Origin: an uncultured Candidatus Actinomarina sp.
GTDB taxonomy: Bacteria; Actinomycetota; Acidimicrobiia; Actinomarinales; Actinomarinaceae
DNA: 64,000 nt
Reading direction: 5' to 3'
NCBI GenBank assembly: GCA_902619825.1
Contig: CACNFT010000001.1
Coordinates: 135,529 to 199,528, forward strand
This document shows positions 37,929 through 48,405 of the stretch, piece by piece. Position 1 is the stretch's first letter; each line of letters opens with the position of its first letter. A program made the translations under genes and the position numbers. The notes beneath the pieces are model-generated. The model was not told the origin of the DNA. It saw only the letters and a list, made by a program, of their open reading frames with translations, and did not search any database.

Positions 37929-39062
37929 TTAAAGACCTTTCTGAACTGCCAATTTTGCAGCTGAATCCATTGACTCTTCTATGAATATTTTTTCATTAGG
38001 GTTTGCTTTTAATATCTCTAGTCCTTCTAAAGAATTTGTTCCGTCTAGCCTTATGATAATTGGCCATACAAGTTCTTTTCCTTTAGTTGCCTCGATTATT
38101 CCTTCAGCAACTAAATCACACCTTGTTATTCCACCAAATATATTTATCAATACTGACTTTACATTTTGATCAGCCTCTAAAACTTCAAGAGCAGAACTTA
38201 CAGTCTCAGCTTTTGCTCCACCACCAATATCAAGAAAGTTTGCTGCTTTACCACCATTTTCAGCAACAACATCAAGTGTAGACATGACTAAACCTGCACC
38301 ATTTCCAATAATTCCAACAGATCCATCAAGTTTGATAAAATTTAAACCTTTTTCTTTCGCATTTTTCTCGGATTCAGGAATTGGTATTTCTTGTTCAAAA
38401 TCATCAAAATATGGATGTTTATATTTTGCATTCATATCCAATGATACTTTTGAATCAAGTGCCATTACTCCATTGTCTGTAACTGCAAGAGGATTGACCT
38501 CTACAAGATCACAATCTCCTTCTGTGAACATCAAATACAAGTTTTCTATTATTTCAGAAAGACTTTCTTCATGATCTTTATTCAAATTAGCTTTATTAAT
38601 TAATTCGGAAATAGTTGATGACGTTAATTTTTCTGATGGACTTACATGAAACTTAACTAAGTCATCAGGATTTTCCTCTGCAACTTGTTCAATGTCCATA
38701 CCTCCTTTAGCACTCAACATAATTAGATATTTTTTTTCTGACCTGTCTAAAGTAAACGAGATATAATATTCCTCCAAAATATTTGATGCTTCCTCTAAGA
38801 GAAGAATTTCTACCTTGTGGCCTTTTATATCCATACCTAATATTTCTTCTGAATATTGTGATAACTCGTTAATGTCTTTAGCTACCTTGATACCCCCCGC
38901 TTTTCCTCTTCCCCCGACTTGTACCTGGGCTTTTACAACAACGGGAAAATTGAGATTAATTGGGTCATTTAAATCATTTAGGTTTTTAATTAGTTTTGAA
39001 TTGGGATGATTTATATTAAATTTTTGATATAAAGATTTTCCTTGATATTCAAATAAGTCCAT
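37929..39062 (-). CDS. sucC: Succinyl-CoA synthetase beta subunit
   Basis: ATP-grasp MDLFEYQGK N-terminus; adjacent to sucD. Confidence 0.9.
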   Translation of the reverse strand: MDLFEYQGKSLYQKFNINHPNSKLIKNLNDLNDPINLNFPVVVKAQVQVGGRGKAGGIKVAKDINELSQYSEEILGMDIKGHKVEILLLEEASNILEEYYISFTLDRSEKKYLIMLSAKGGMDIEQVAEENPDDLVKFHVSPSEKLTSSTISELINKANLNKDHEESLSEIIENLYLMFTEGDCDLVEVNPLAVTDNGVMALDSKVSLDMNAKYKHPYFDDFEQEIPIPESEKNAKEKGLNFIKLDGSVGIIGNGAGLVMSTLDVVAENGGKAANFLDIGGGAKAETVSSALEVLEADQNVKSVLINIFGGITRCDLVAEGIIEATKGKELVWPIIIRLDGTNSLEGLEILKANPNEKIFIEESMDSAAKLAVQKGL

Positions 39063-39109
39063 TACTCCCCCAAAAGATTATATATTACCAAGTTCAAATA
39101 TTAAAGATA

Positions 39110-41242
39110 TCATTCAAATATTATAGGGGCCCATTCAATATCTAAATGTTTGATTCCATGCTCTCCACCAAAGTTAACTGTGATCTCATTACCATTCACT
39201 TCTTCAACAATTCCTGAACCATATTTTTCATGAATCACTTTCTTTCCAAGAGAACCTGCAGAATTACTTTTGTCATTAGTTGATTCTTGATGAATTTTAA
39301 TTTCTTTCAAATAGGGTTTGGCTTCATCGATGAATCTGCTAGGAAGGTAATAATTTGTTCCTCCCCACATAGTTCTGGTATTTGAATATGTTAAGTAAAG
39401 CTTTTTTTCAGCCCTCGTCATCCCAACATAACAAAGTCTTCTTTCTTCTTGTATTTCAAAATCAGTTTCAGATCTTTGACTAGGAAATATGTTTTCCTCC
39501 ATCCCAGTCATGAATACTACCGGGAACTCCAATCCTTTAGCATTATGTAGGGTCATCAGCAGAATTCTATCTTCTTTGTCTACATCGTCTGAATCTGTGA
39601 AAAGTGCAATTGATTCTAAATAGTCCCTTAAAACTGTAAATGGATCTTCTATGTCTTCTTCGTATAAATTTTCAAATTCAAATGCTGAAGTAAGTAATTC
39701 ATCGAGATTTTCTAATCTCATTTGAGAGTCTAAAGTTCCTTCTTTAACTAATTCATCTTTGTAGCCTGTTAATTCTAAAGTTTTTGAAATTGTTTCTGAA
39801 GGGCCCTTCAATGCAAAGGATTTCAAGTCATTAATTATCTCTTTGAAATTATTTATTTGTTTTTTTACCCTGTCAGATAAATTATTGATTTCATCTAGAT
39901 TTTCTATAGATTTTGATAAAGAAATCTCATTTTTGTTTGCGTAATCTCTTAACTTCTGAAGTGTTGACTCCCCAATTCCTCTTTTGGGAACATTTAATAT
40001 TCTCTCAAATGAGACTGTATCCTCTGGATTTATTAAGTAATTTAAATATGCAAGAATATCTTTAATCTCCTTCCTGTCGTAAAATCTCACATTACCAACA
40101 ACCTTATAACTTAAACTTAATTTTCTTAACTCTTCTTCAAAGAGTCTTGATTGATTATTTGTTCTATAAAAAATAGCAATTTCAGTAAACGCTTTATCTT
40201 CTAAAAGTTTATTTATTTGTTCAGCTATCCATCTTGATTCATCTCTTTCAGAATTGAATTCAACTAAATTTACATCTAATCCTTCGTCATTATCAGTCCA
40301 TAATTTTTTATCTTTTTTTCTTGGATTGTTTGAAATTACCGCATTTGCAATATCTAAAATTTTTTGGGAAGACCTATAATTTTTTTCTAGAGATATAACT
40401 TTTGCATCCTTAAAGTCACTTTCAAACTCTTCAATATTTCTAATATCCGCACCCCTAAATGCATATATGCTTTGATCAGAATCCCCAACAACACAGATAT
40501 TCTTGTGTTTTGATGCAAGTAGTTCAACAAGACGATATTGCACCATATTAGTATCTTGATACTCGTCAATCATTATGTATTGAAATTTTGAAGACCAGTA
40601 ATTTAGTGACTTGTCACTAGTCTCAAGAAGTTCTACTGCTTTAATTAGTAAGTCATCAAAATCCATTGAGTTAGCTAGCATAAGTTTTTTCTGATATGAT
40701 GAATAAATCTCTGCGACTTTTACATCAAAAAACGATTGTGCAAATTCAACAGCTTCTCCAGGTAAGATTCTTTGATTTTTTAAAGATGAGATGTGTGCTT
40801 GTATTCTTTTTGGAGAATATTGTTTTGTGTCAATATCTGAATCTCGCATACAATTACGAACTAATTTTGTAGAGTCGCTTTGGTCGTAAATAGTAAAATT
40901 ATTATTAAAGCCAATCAGATGGCCATGTATTCTTAACATTTTGACACAAAGACTATGAAACGTAGATATCCATTTCGGAGACAACTCAAGATTTAGTAAA
41001 TCACTTATTCTATCTTTCATTTCATTTGCAGCTTTATTTGTAAATGTAATAGCCAACACATTTTCAAAATTTATCCCATATGTTTTTATTAAATGTGCAT
41101 ATCTGTAAGTTAAGACTCTTGTTTTACCTGAACCTGCCCCAGCAATAATAAGTAAAGGACCATTAATATTTTCAATCGCTTCTTTTTGTTCATTATTTAG
41201 CAATCCTGACCATTCTTCAGGAAGTGGTTTTAATTTATTCAT
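39110..41242 (-). CDS. ATP-dependent DNA helicase UvrD/PcrA
   Basis: Walker A AGAGSGKTRVL and SF1 helicase motifs; 710 aa. Confidence 0.85.
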   Translation of the reverse strand: MNKLKPLPEEWSGLLNNEQKEAIENINGPLLIIAGAGSGKTRVLTYRYAHLIKTYGINFENVLAITFTNKAANEMKDRISDLLNLELSPKWISTFHSLCVKMLRIHGHLIGFNNNFTIYDQSDSTKLVRNCMRDSDIDTKQYSPKRIQAHISSLKNQRILPGEAVEFAQSFFDVKVAEIYSSYQKKLMLANSMDFDDLLIKAVELLETSDKSLNYWSSKFQYIMIDEYQDTNMVQYRLVELLASKHKNICVVGDSDQSIYAFRGADIRNIEEFESDFKDAKVISLEKNYRSSQKILDIANAVISNNPRKKDKKLWTDNDEGLDVNLVEFNSERDESRWIAEQINKLLEDKAFTEIAIFYRTNNQSRLFEEELRKLSLSYKVVGNVRFYDRKEIKDILAYLNYLINPEDTVSFERILNVPKRGIGESTLQKLRDYANKNEISLSKSIENLDEINNLSDRVKKQINNFKEIINDLKSFALKGPSETISKTLELTGYKDELVKEGTLDSQMRLENLDELLTSAFEFENLYEEDIEDPFTVLRDYLESIALFTDSDDVDKEDRILLMTLHNAKGLEFPVVFMTGMEENIFPSQRSETDFEIQEERRLCYVGMTRAEKKLYLTYSNTRTMWGGTNYYLPSRFIDEAKPYLKEIKIHQESTNDKSNSAGSLGKKVIHEKYGSGIVEEVNGNEITVNFGGEHGIKHLDIEWAPIIFE

Positions 41243-41252
41243 ACCCTAGGAA

Positions 41253-42224
41253 CTAAACTCCAACAACTGCGCTTACTTCATCCATTGTTTTTTTTGCTGA
41301 ATCTTTAACATCATCAAGATTATCTTTAATCAAAGAGGCAACATCTCCTTCACTTAATGAGTCATATCTTTCTTTAATTGGCTCTAAATAACTTATTACG
41401 CTTTCTCCAACCTCAATCTTAAATTCACCATAAGACGAATTTTTAAATTTATTTTCAACATCTGCATGAGTAAGTTCGTGTAGTGTTGAATAAATATCAA
41501 TTAAGTTGCTAATACCTTTTTTAGTTTCGTTATCAAATTTTATTTCATTTTCAGAGTCAGTAACTGAAGACTTGAACTTCTTAATAATCTCATCTTTTGA
41601 ATCATCAAAATATATTGTTCCATTTAAATCATCTTTGCTTTTTGACATTTTGTTATCTGGGTGGCGTAAAGACATCAATCGAGCTCCTACTTTGCCAGTT
41701 GTTCTTTCAGGTAACGGAAAAATTTCACCGTAAGAATTATTAAATCTTTCAACAATGTTTCTAGTTAGTTCTAAATGCTGAGTTTGATCGTCTCCAACAG
41801 GTACTTCATTAGCTTTGTGGATTAAAATATCAGCAGCCATCAACACAGGATATGTAAGTATTCCAGCGTGGCTACCCAATTGATCTGCTTTTTCTTTAAA
41901 TTGCGTCATTCGTTGTAGCTCTCCAATTTGGCAGAAGTTTGATAGGATCCAAGAAAGTTGTACATGCTCAGGAACATTACTTTGGATGTAAATTTTAGAA
42001 TTTTTTTGATTAATTCCTGAAGAAATAAGGACTTTTATAGTTTCATTAATATTTTCTTGCATTAATGCAGGGTCTGGATGTGTAGTTAAAGAATGAAGAT
42101 CGACAACACAAAAATAGTTTTTATTTTCCTCATTTGATAAATGTACCCAATTATTTATAGCGCCTAATAAGTTTCCTAAATGCACTTTACCAGTAGGTTG
42201 AATTCCTGAAAAAACAGTTTTCAT
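41253..42224 (-). CDS. trpS: Tryptophan--tRNA ligase
   Basis: HIGH-class motif TGKVHLGN and KMSKS. Confidence 0.9.
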   Translation of the reverse strand: MKTVFSGIQPTGKVHLGNLLGAINNWVHLSNEENKNYFCVVDLHSLTTHPDPALMQENINETIKVLISSGINQKNSKIYIQSNVPEHVQLSWILSNFCQIGELQRMTQFKEKADQLGSHAGILTYPVLMAADILIHKANEVPVGDDQTQHLELTRNIVERFNNSYGEIFPLPERTTGKVGARLMSLRHPDNKMSKSKDDLNGTIYFDDSKDEIIKKFKSSVTDSENEIKFDNETKKGISNLIDIYSTLHELTHADVENKFKNSSYGEFKIEVGESVISYLEPIKERYDSLSEGDVASLIKDNLDDVKDSAKKTMDEVSAVVGV

Positions 42225-42283
42225 ATCTGCTATTCTAATAAACTAAATCGAAATGGAGTAATTTTATAAAATCCAAGTACACA

Positions 42284-43171
42284 ATGTCACCTTATGCAGG
42301 TCTAAGAAATATAGTTCTAATTGGTTTCTTATTTGGGTTTCATGGGTTACTAAATAGAAGTTTACTCATTGACAATGTAAGTGAAATTTTTATTGTCACT
42401 GCAAGAATTACAATCGTGACTGTTCTACTAGGAATATATTGTGGAAAAGAATTTTTAAGAGAAATTAATTTAAATTTTTTTTTGAAAGGTAGTTTAACTG
42501 GAACACTTGCTATTTTTATTCCTGGTTGGACCTTTATTTATGCATTAAAGAATATATCTTCTGGCTTACAAAGTATATTCATTTCTACAATTCCATTGTT
42601 TACAGTGTTTTGGGTCCTATTACTTTTTAAAGAAGAAAAAATTACAAGATTAAAAATTATTTCAGTTCTAATAGGACTTATTGGATTAATAGTCTTATTT
42701 ATGTCTGGTGCTACTGGTTTGTCAGGTCAGGGTGATTTACTTACAGGAGGAATCCTAGCTTTAGTAGGGGTTCAAGGATTAGCACTCAGTAACATAACAA
42801 ATAAAAAAGACTCGCAATATATTCCAGCTAAAACATATCTTTTTACTCAATGGCTATGTGGAAGCCTGATTTCAATAGTTTTATTTTTTGCTCTTGGTGG
42901 AGAAATTGAACCACTTAATTCGTCAGCAAACCTCAGACTTATGGGTCTCGTATTCATAGATATATTCAATTATTCACTCTTTTTCTACACAATAAAAAGA
43001 CTCTCAGCAACTTTTACAACAATGGTAGATTATGTCGTACCAATCACTGGAATTACCCTTGGTTATATCTTTTTAGATGAGATCGTAAATAATGTTTTTT
43101 ACCCTACACTGCTGTTAATTTTTGTGTCTTTATACTTGGCTGTAAAAGATGAGGCAAATAATTTATCCTAA
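42284..43171 (+). CDS. EamA/DMT-family transporter
   Basis: About 10 TM segments with a duplicated EamA-like architecture. Confidence 0.55.
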   Translation: MSPYAGLRNIVLIGFLFGFHGLLNRSLLIDNVSEIFIVTARITIVTVLLGIYCGKEFLREINLNFFLKGSLTGTLAIFIPGWTFIYALKNISSGLQSIFISTIPLFTVFWVLLLFKEEKITRLKIISVLIGLIGLIVLFMSGATGLSGQGDLLTGGILALVGVQGLALSNITNKKDSQYIPAKTYLFTQWLCGSLISIVLFFALGGEIEPLNSSANLRLMGLVFIDIFNYSLFFYTIKRLSATFTTMVDYVVPITGITLGYIFLDEIVNNVFYPTLLLIFVSLYLAVKDEANNLS

Positions 43172-43672
43172 ATTAACTCCAAGTAACGCTCTTGTCATGT
43201 AAGCTGTTGCACCCCATAGGATTTGGTCTTGAAAATTAAAAATCCAATCATTTTCATAATTTCCTCGATAGATCCAATTATCCGAATTCTCTAAGTCTTC
43301 AATTTTAAGAAAATAAATGTCTTGAACTTCGTTCTCATTAAATCTATCTGGTTTGTCAGAGGTTTCACAAATTATTGGAAAGACTTTAAAAGCATACTCT
43401 ACAGTATCAACATGATTTAAACTTCCAAGTAGTTTAATTGATGACTGTTCAATAAAAAGTTCTTCTTCTGCCTCTCTCAGTGCTGTTTCAACAATATTTT
43501 TATCTGAATTCTCTTTTTTACCACCAGGAAAAGCAATATGACCTTTATGAGTGGGCAAGTTTTCCGATCTTTTTATAAATAGGATCTCTTTATTGTCAAC
43601 TATCAGAATTGCAACAGATGCATAATCCTCCGAAAAAGAAGGGTATGGTTGAATTAATTTATCAAATTTCAA
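43163..43672 (-). CDS. NUDIX hydrolase
   Basis: Nudix box GGKKENSDKNIVETALREAEEELF. Confidence 0.75.
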   Translation of the reverse strand: MKFDKLIQPYPSFSEDYASVAILIVDNKEILFIKRSENLPTHKGHIAFPGGKKENSDKNIVETALREAEEELFIEQSSIKLLGSLNHVDTVEYAFKVFPIICETSDKPDRFNENEVQDIYFLKIEDLENSDNWIYRGNYENDWIFNFQDQILWGATAYMTRALLGVNLG

Positions 43673-43674
43673 GC

Positions 43675-44406
43675 TTAACCAGAAGATTTTTCAGCAACAA
43701 AGTCTATCTCTATTCCGATTGGGTTTAATACCTCCCATGCATTGAATTTAGTTGGGGCGTCGAAACCAAACCAGGTCGTATCAACTTCAGTTATTCCTGA
43801 AATAAAAATATTATCGTCTTGCATATATGCTGTAATTGAAAACGGTATATTAACTTCAATATTTCTTATTGTTAAAACACCAACAACTGTTTCATCTATT
43901 TTTGAATCGAAATTATTGTTAGGTAAAACAAGTTCATCAATTTTATATATTGCACTAGGAAATAATTTTGACTCTAACCATTGATTTTTAATTGCACCAT
44001 CTCTTATAGAGTTACCACTTTTTAAAGTGGATAAATCAACTGAAATTAGTAAATTTGAGATAAATAAACATGAATCAGCTTGATCACAGTCATCTAAAGT
44101 CAATTCGAACCCGCCAACAATTTCATTGGTTGTGCCCCTGACGATCTCTAAATTTGAGTTTAAAAAGTCTTTTGGTGCAAGATAACTAGCTGTACTTTTT
44201 TCTTGGTTTATTGTAAATAAATTTTCACTAAATTTTTCAATTTGCTCAACTTCAACTGTACTGGAGGTATCATTGCTCTCTTCATTTTCTACTTGTGTAG
44301 TAGTTACTTCTTCAGACGTTTGATTTTCTTGATTTACTGGCTCTGCTTGTTGTGAACAGAATGTAACAAAAATCGCTAAGACTAAATATTTTGTTTTTCG
44401 AATCAT
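43675..44406 (-). CDS. Secreted hypothetical protein
   Basis: Signal peptide followed by an acidic linker; I recognise no family. Confidence 0.5.
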   Translation of the reverse strand: MIRKTKYLVLAIFVTFCSQQAEPVNQENQTSEEVTTTQVENEESNDTSSTVEVEQIEKFSENLFTINQEKSTASYLAPKDFLNSNLEIVRGTTNEIVGGFELTLDDCDQADSCLFISNLLISVDLSTLKSGNSIRDGAIKNQWLESKLFPSAIYKIDELVLPNNNFDSKIDETVVGVLTIRNIEVNIPFSITAYMQDDNIFISGITEVDTTWFGFDAPTKFNAWEVLNPIGIEIDFVAEKSSG

Positions 44407-44446
44407 ATACTTTTATTTTAACTTCTACAAAATGTTAGATTAAATT

Positions 44447-45031
44447 ATGTCGTTGGTTGCAAGAAAATATTTACAAGCAATCCTAGGAATTACCTTAATT
44501 GGTGTAGGTGTTGCTTTTAACTATACAGCTAATTTAGGCCTTGGTCCTTGGGGTGTTTTCCATGATGGTATTTCGAAAACTATCGGTGTAACATATGGCC
44601 AAGCCGGAATCCTAACTTCTTTGATAACACTTTTTTTGTGGATTCCATTAAAACAGAAACCAGGAATTGCTACAGTCTTCGATGCTTTTTGGATAGGCTT
44701 AACTGCAGATTTTGTAATAAATATAATAAGTTTCCCAAATCAAGTATTTATCCAATATTTAACACTTTTTTTTGGTATTACGCTCATTGGATTAGGAACT
44801 GCTATATATGTCGGTGGGGACCTTGGCGCTGGGCCAAGAGATGGTGTAATGGTTGGGTTAGAACAAAAAGGTCTAAAAATAGGTACTGCAAGAACAATAA
44901 TTGAAGCTGTTGCTTTTTCATGTGGCTTTTTACTGGGCGGAAAAATAGGAATTGCTTCAATAATTATTGTATTTTCAGTTGGAAGAGTCGTTCAGTATTT
45001 TATTCCATTTTTTGATTTGAGAAAAAAGTAA
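44447..45031 (+). CDS. Integral membrane protein (YczE/YitT-like)
   Basis: Multi-TM protein with Gly-rich helices. Confidence 0.5.
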   Translation: MSLVARKYLQAILGITLIGVGVAFNYTANLGLGPWGVFHDGISKTIGVTYGQAGILTSLITLFLWIPLKQKPGIATVFDAFWIGLTADFVINIISFPNQVFIQYLTLFFGITLIGLGTAIYVGGDLGAGPRDGVMVGLEQKGLKIGTARTIIEAVAFSCGFLLGGKIGIASIIIVFSVGRVVQYFIPFFDLRKK

Positions 45032-45072
45032 TATAAATTCATTTCTAAATTTCAATATTATAAACTGAGCTT

Positions 45073-45801
45073 ATGAATCCCGTAAGTTTTCGAACAAAAT
45101 TAAAAACATTTTTTATGTTTCCATTATTCCTAATTATATTTAGCTTTTTAATAATTCTTATAATACTTACGGTCTTTATTCCAAATGGAAAGTCATTAGC
45201 TACAAAATATTACAAATTTTTTGGATGGTTGGGATTAAGAATGGTTGGGATTAATTTAACCGTTTCTGGTTTAGAAAATATTGATACCAATAAAAGTTAC
45301 GTTGTAGTTTCTAATCACCCATCAACTCTTGATATATTTACCCACATTTATGGGTTACCAATATCTGTAAGATTCCTAACTAAAACTGAACTTTTTCGTA
45401 TTCCTTTCTTTAGTAGAGTATTAAAGATTCTGGGTCTTCCAAGAATTGATAGAGGTAGTTCATCATTAGATCTTGATAAAATTAATAATTCGATACAAAG
45501 TGTTATAGATGATGGTAATTCAATAATGATATTTCCAGAAGGTAAAAGAAGTAATCAAAAAAATCTTTTGGAATTTAAAAAAGGAGCTGCACATATTGCT
45601 AAAAAATTCAATTTATCTGTTCTGCCAGTTGTTACACACAATGCCCATAAATTAATGATAAAAGGTAAGGTTTGGTTTTTATCTGGTGATATACATTTGG
45701 ATGTTTTGAAACCTATTGACGATATAGATAAGTATGAAGTTGATGAATTAACAATTCTATTTTTTCAAAAAATAAATGAGGTTTTAACTACGAAGAAATA
45801 A
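45073..45801 (+). CDS. plsC: 1-acyl-sn-glycerol-3-phosphate acyltransferase PlsC
   Basis: Acyltransferase motifs NHPSTLD and FPEGKRS. Confidence 0.75.
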   Translation: MNPVSFRTKLKTFFMFPLFLIIFSFLIILIILTVFIPNGKSLATKYYKFFGWLGLRMVGINLTVSGLENIDTNKSYVVVSNHPSTLDIFTHIYGLPISVRFLTKTELFRIPFFSRVLKILGLPRIDRGSSSLDLDKINNSIQSVIDDGNSIMIFPEGKRSNQKNLLEFKKGAAHIAKKFNLSVLPVVTHNAHKLMIKGKVWFLSGDIHLDVLKPIDDIDKYEVDELTILFFQKINEVLTTKK

Positions 45802-46323
45802 TTCTATATAACTGAAGAAGTCTTTACTTTTGGAATCATTAGTTAGTAAATCATCAACTTTATCTTCTTCATTAAATAAATAAAAATTTTCGTATACGTT
45901 TAATCCATAATTGCTAAGTTGAGCGCCTAGTAAATCAAATGCATTCTTTGCATTGTTGCCCTTACCGTCAACTGAACTAATAATTGCAACATCCTTATCT
46001 TTAAACAATTCATTGTAAGAATAGTTATCGAAACTTATTGAAAGCCAATCGAGTAAATTTTTCAAATGGGAGACATAACCTCCATTGAAAACAGGACTAA
46101 AAATTATTATTTTTGAAGTTTCAATTAAATCATCTCTTACTTTTATGACATATTCAGGTTGTTCATCATTGTAATCTCGGAGAAAAGGAACATTTTCATA
46201 AAAATCATCATATAGATTACAAGATATCTCTAATTCACTTAGGTAGCTATTAACGATACCTGCTACTTTATTATTTTTTGATTCTGGTCTTGTTCCAGCC
46301 GATAAAAGCAAAATTTTTGACAT
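45784..46323 (-). CDS. NAD(P)H-dependent FMN reductase / flavodoxin-like protein
   Basis: Flavodoxin-like N-terminus MSKILLLSAGTRPES. Confidence 0.6.
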   Translation of the reverse strand: MSKILLLSAGTRPESKNNKVAGIVNSYLSELEISCNLYDDFYENVPFLRDYNDEQPEYVIKVRDDLIETSKIIIFSPVFNGGYVSHLKNLLDWLSISFDNYSYNELFKDKDVAIISSVDGKGNNAKNAFDLLGAQLSNYGLNVYENFYLFNEEDKVDDLLTNDSKSKDFFSYIELFLRS

Positions 46324-46353
46324 AGGTTAATTATGTTATAAGATACTTTTTAT

Positions 46354-46686
46354 ATGGATAGTAATGTTGAAAATTTTGCAAACCTAGACATAAGAGTTGG
46401 CCAAATTTTATCAGCTGAAGTTTTTGAAGAGGCAAAAAAACCTGCATACATTTTAAAAATAGATTTTGGAAATGATATAGGTGTAAAAAAAACAAGTGCT
46501 CAAATTACAAATTATCAGATAGATGAACTGATTGGAGTTAGATGTATTGGAGTAATCAATCTTGGTGACAAACAAATTGGTCCGATAATTAGTCAATGTT
46601 TAATTCTTGGATCGATAAACGATAATGGGGATGTTTTACTGCTTCAACCCAGTCCAGAAGCTGATTTAGGTGACAAAGTTTCTTAA
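46354..46686 (+). CDS. tRNA-binding protein (CsaA / Trbp111-like EMAP domain)
   Basis: LDIRVGQILSAEVFEEAKKPAYILKIDFG matches the tRNA-binding OB fold. Confidence 0.7.
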   Translation: MDSNVENFANLDIRVGQILSAEVFEEAKKPAYILKIDFGNDIGVKKTSAQITNYQIDELIGVRCIGVINLGDKQIGPIISQCLILGSINDNGDVLLLQPSPEADLGDKVS

Positions 46687-47156
46687 CTAACCAAAGAGTC
46701 AAACTTCTCAACATTAAAAGTACCGACCCTTTTATAAATTTTATCTCCATGTTTGTCTACAAGAACATATGTTGGTGTATATTTAAGATTATATTTCTCA
46801 ATAGTCTCAAGATAATCTTTTTTTGAAGCATTTACCGATACAATTGGTATTTCTTCATGCTTTTTTTTGAATTCATTAACTATGAATTTTGAAGCAGTGC
46901 AACCCAGTCAGTAGTCAGAGTAAAATTCAATTATTGTATATTCAAAGTTTGAAAAATTATGATTATCAAGAACTAAACCTCGTTTTGAATTAAATAAATA
47001 CAATCCAAAAAAAGAACCTATCACAAAAAAACTTAATATATATAGAACGATTGAAGGCTCAAATGCGATAAAAAATATCACTAAGCCAAATATCCACCCC
47101 AAAGGTAAGTAAATAAGGCTGTATCTATTGATAAACTTTAAAAGAATTTTTTTCAT
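46683..47156 (-). CDS. Membrane-anchored thioredoxin-fold protein interrupted by an in-frame TGA at 46908-46910; candidate UxxC selenoprotein or TGA-disrupted gene
   Basis: The 82-aa ORF (2 TM, ...EFYSDY) ends at TGA. The same frame continues with no ATG for 74 codons to a TAA at 46683-46685. The continuation is LGCTASKF...YNLKYTPTYVLVDKHGDKIYKRVGTFNVEKFDSL, which aligns to the thioredoxin WCGPC...cis-Pro...C-terminus with TGA at the first Cys. Confidence 0.45.
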
Positions 47157-47191
47157 ATATTTACATTCTTTTCACAAATTATACTTTAATT

Positions 47192-47602
47192 ATGGATCTG
47201 ATTAACAAACTCAGAGATAATGGTAATCGTATTACTGAGTCTAGAAGTACAATTTGTAAAATTCTTGAGGAAGCAGGTCATGAACATTTTACAGCAGATG
47301 AACTATACAAACTTGCCTTAAACAGAGTTCAAGACATTGATTTAGCTACCGTATATAGAACACTAGAAATTCTTGAGTCATTGGATCTTGTAGAGCATTC
47401 ACACCAACAACATGGCTCAGGGATTTATTATCTTAAAAACCAAGAAAGAACTGCTCATATAGTTTGTAACAGTTGTAAAAAGATTATAGACATTTCAAAA
47501 AACGTCATCAACTCTGTCGAAAAAATTATTGCAAAAGAATCAAATTTTAATTTAATTGACAATCATTTCGTGTATGCGGGAGTTTGTAATAAATGTAAAT
47601 AA
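47192..47602 (+). CDS. Fur-family metal-responsive transcriptional regulator
   Basis: Winged-helix N-terminus, HxH and two CxxC pairs. Confidence 0.8.
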   Translation: MDLINKLRDNGNRITESRSTICKILEEAGHEHFTADELYKLALNRVQDIDLATVYRTLEILESLDLVEHSHQQHGSGIYYLKNQERTAHIVCNSCKKIIDISKNVINSVEKIIAKESNFNLIDNHFVYAGVCNKCK

Positions 47603-47640
47603 CTATTTTTATTGCAAATTGATTGCATTAAAATATTGTC

Positions 47641-48405
47641 ATGTATCCTACAAGCCACCAACATCATTTATCAATTCATGAAAATTCTGAATTAAAGAAT
47701 ATTAAACCCCAGCAAAAAGTATTAGGTTGCTTTTTGATTGTTTTGTCTATTGCATTTTCTGATGTAAGAGATCTATTTCAAATATTCTTGCATATATTTT
47801 TAGTTTTTTATATTTTATCACTGACAAAAATTCCAACTAAAACATATTTAAAGAGATTAACTTTAGATATACCTTTTATTTTATTTGCATTATTCCTTCC
47901 ATTCCTTAGCAGTGAGAATAATGACAAAATATTTGAAATTTTTTCATTTAATGTTTATCAAACAGGTGTAAATGATATGTTTACAATTTTATTCAAAGCA
48001 ACTTTGGGTCTGACCGTTGGAATAATTCTTACGGGAGTAACTTCAAGCATGGAAATAATTTATGGTCTCCAAAAATTAAAAATTCCAAATATCATTATTG
48101 CGATCATGTCCTTCACGATACGATATATTGATGTATTCATTGATGAGTTCAAACGAGTTAAAATTTCAATGGCATCAAGAGGTTATGTTGAAAAAGGTTT
48201 AAAAACCTTAATACCTATTGCATTTGCATCTGGAGCCCTGTTAATTCGAGGATATGAAAGAGGTGAAAGAGTTTATTTATCCATGATATCAAGAGGGTTC
48301 AATGGAAATATAGATTTCAAATCACGAAATTACGAAATTTCTAACAAATTTAACTTTTGTGTAATTTTATCAATCATAACTTTATTGTTGGACAAGATAC
48401 TATGA
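47641..48405 (+). CDS. ECF/cobalt-type transporter transmembrane component (CbiQ/EcfT)
   Basis: Multi-TM protein with a CbiQ-like C-terminal ARG motif region; overlaps the ATPase gene. Confidence 0.7.
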   Translation: MYPTSHQHHLSIHENSELKNIKPQQKVLGCFLIVLSIAFSDVRDLFQIFLHIFLVFYILSLTKIPTKTYLKRLTLDIPFILFALFLPFLSSENNDKIFEIFSFNVYQTGVNDMFTILFKATLGLTVGIILTGVTSSMEIIYGLQKLKIPNIIIAIMSFTIRYIDVFIDEFKRVKISMASRGYVEKGLKTLIPIAFASGALLIRGYERGERVYLSMISRGFNGNIDFKSRNYEISNKFNFCVILSIITLLLDKIL

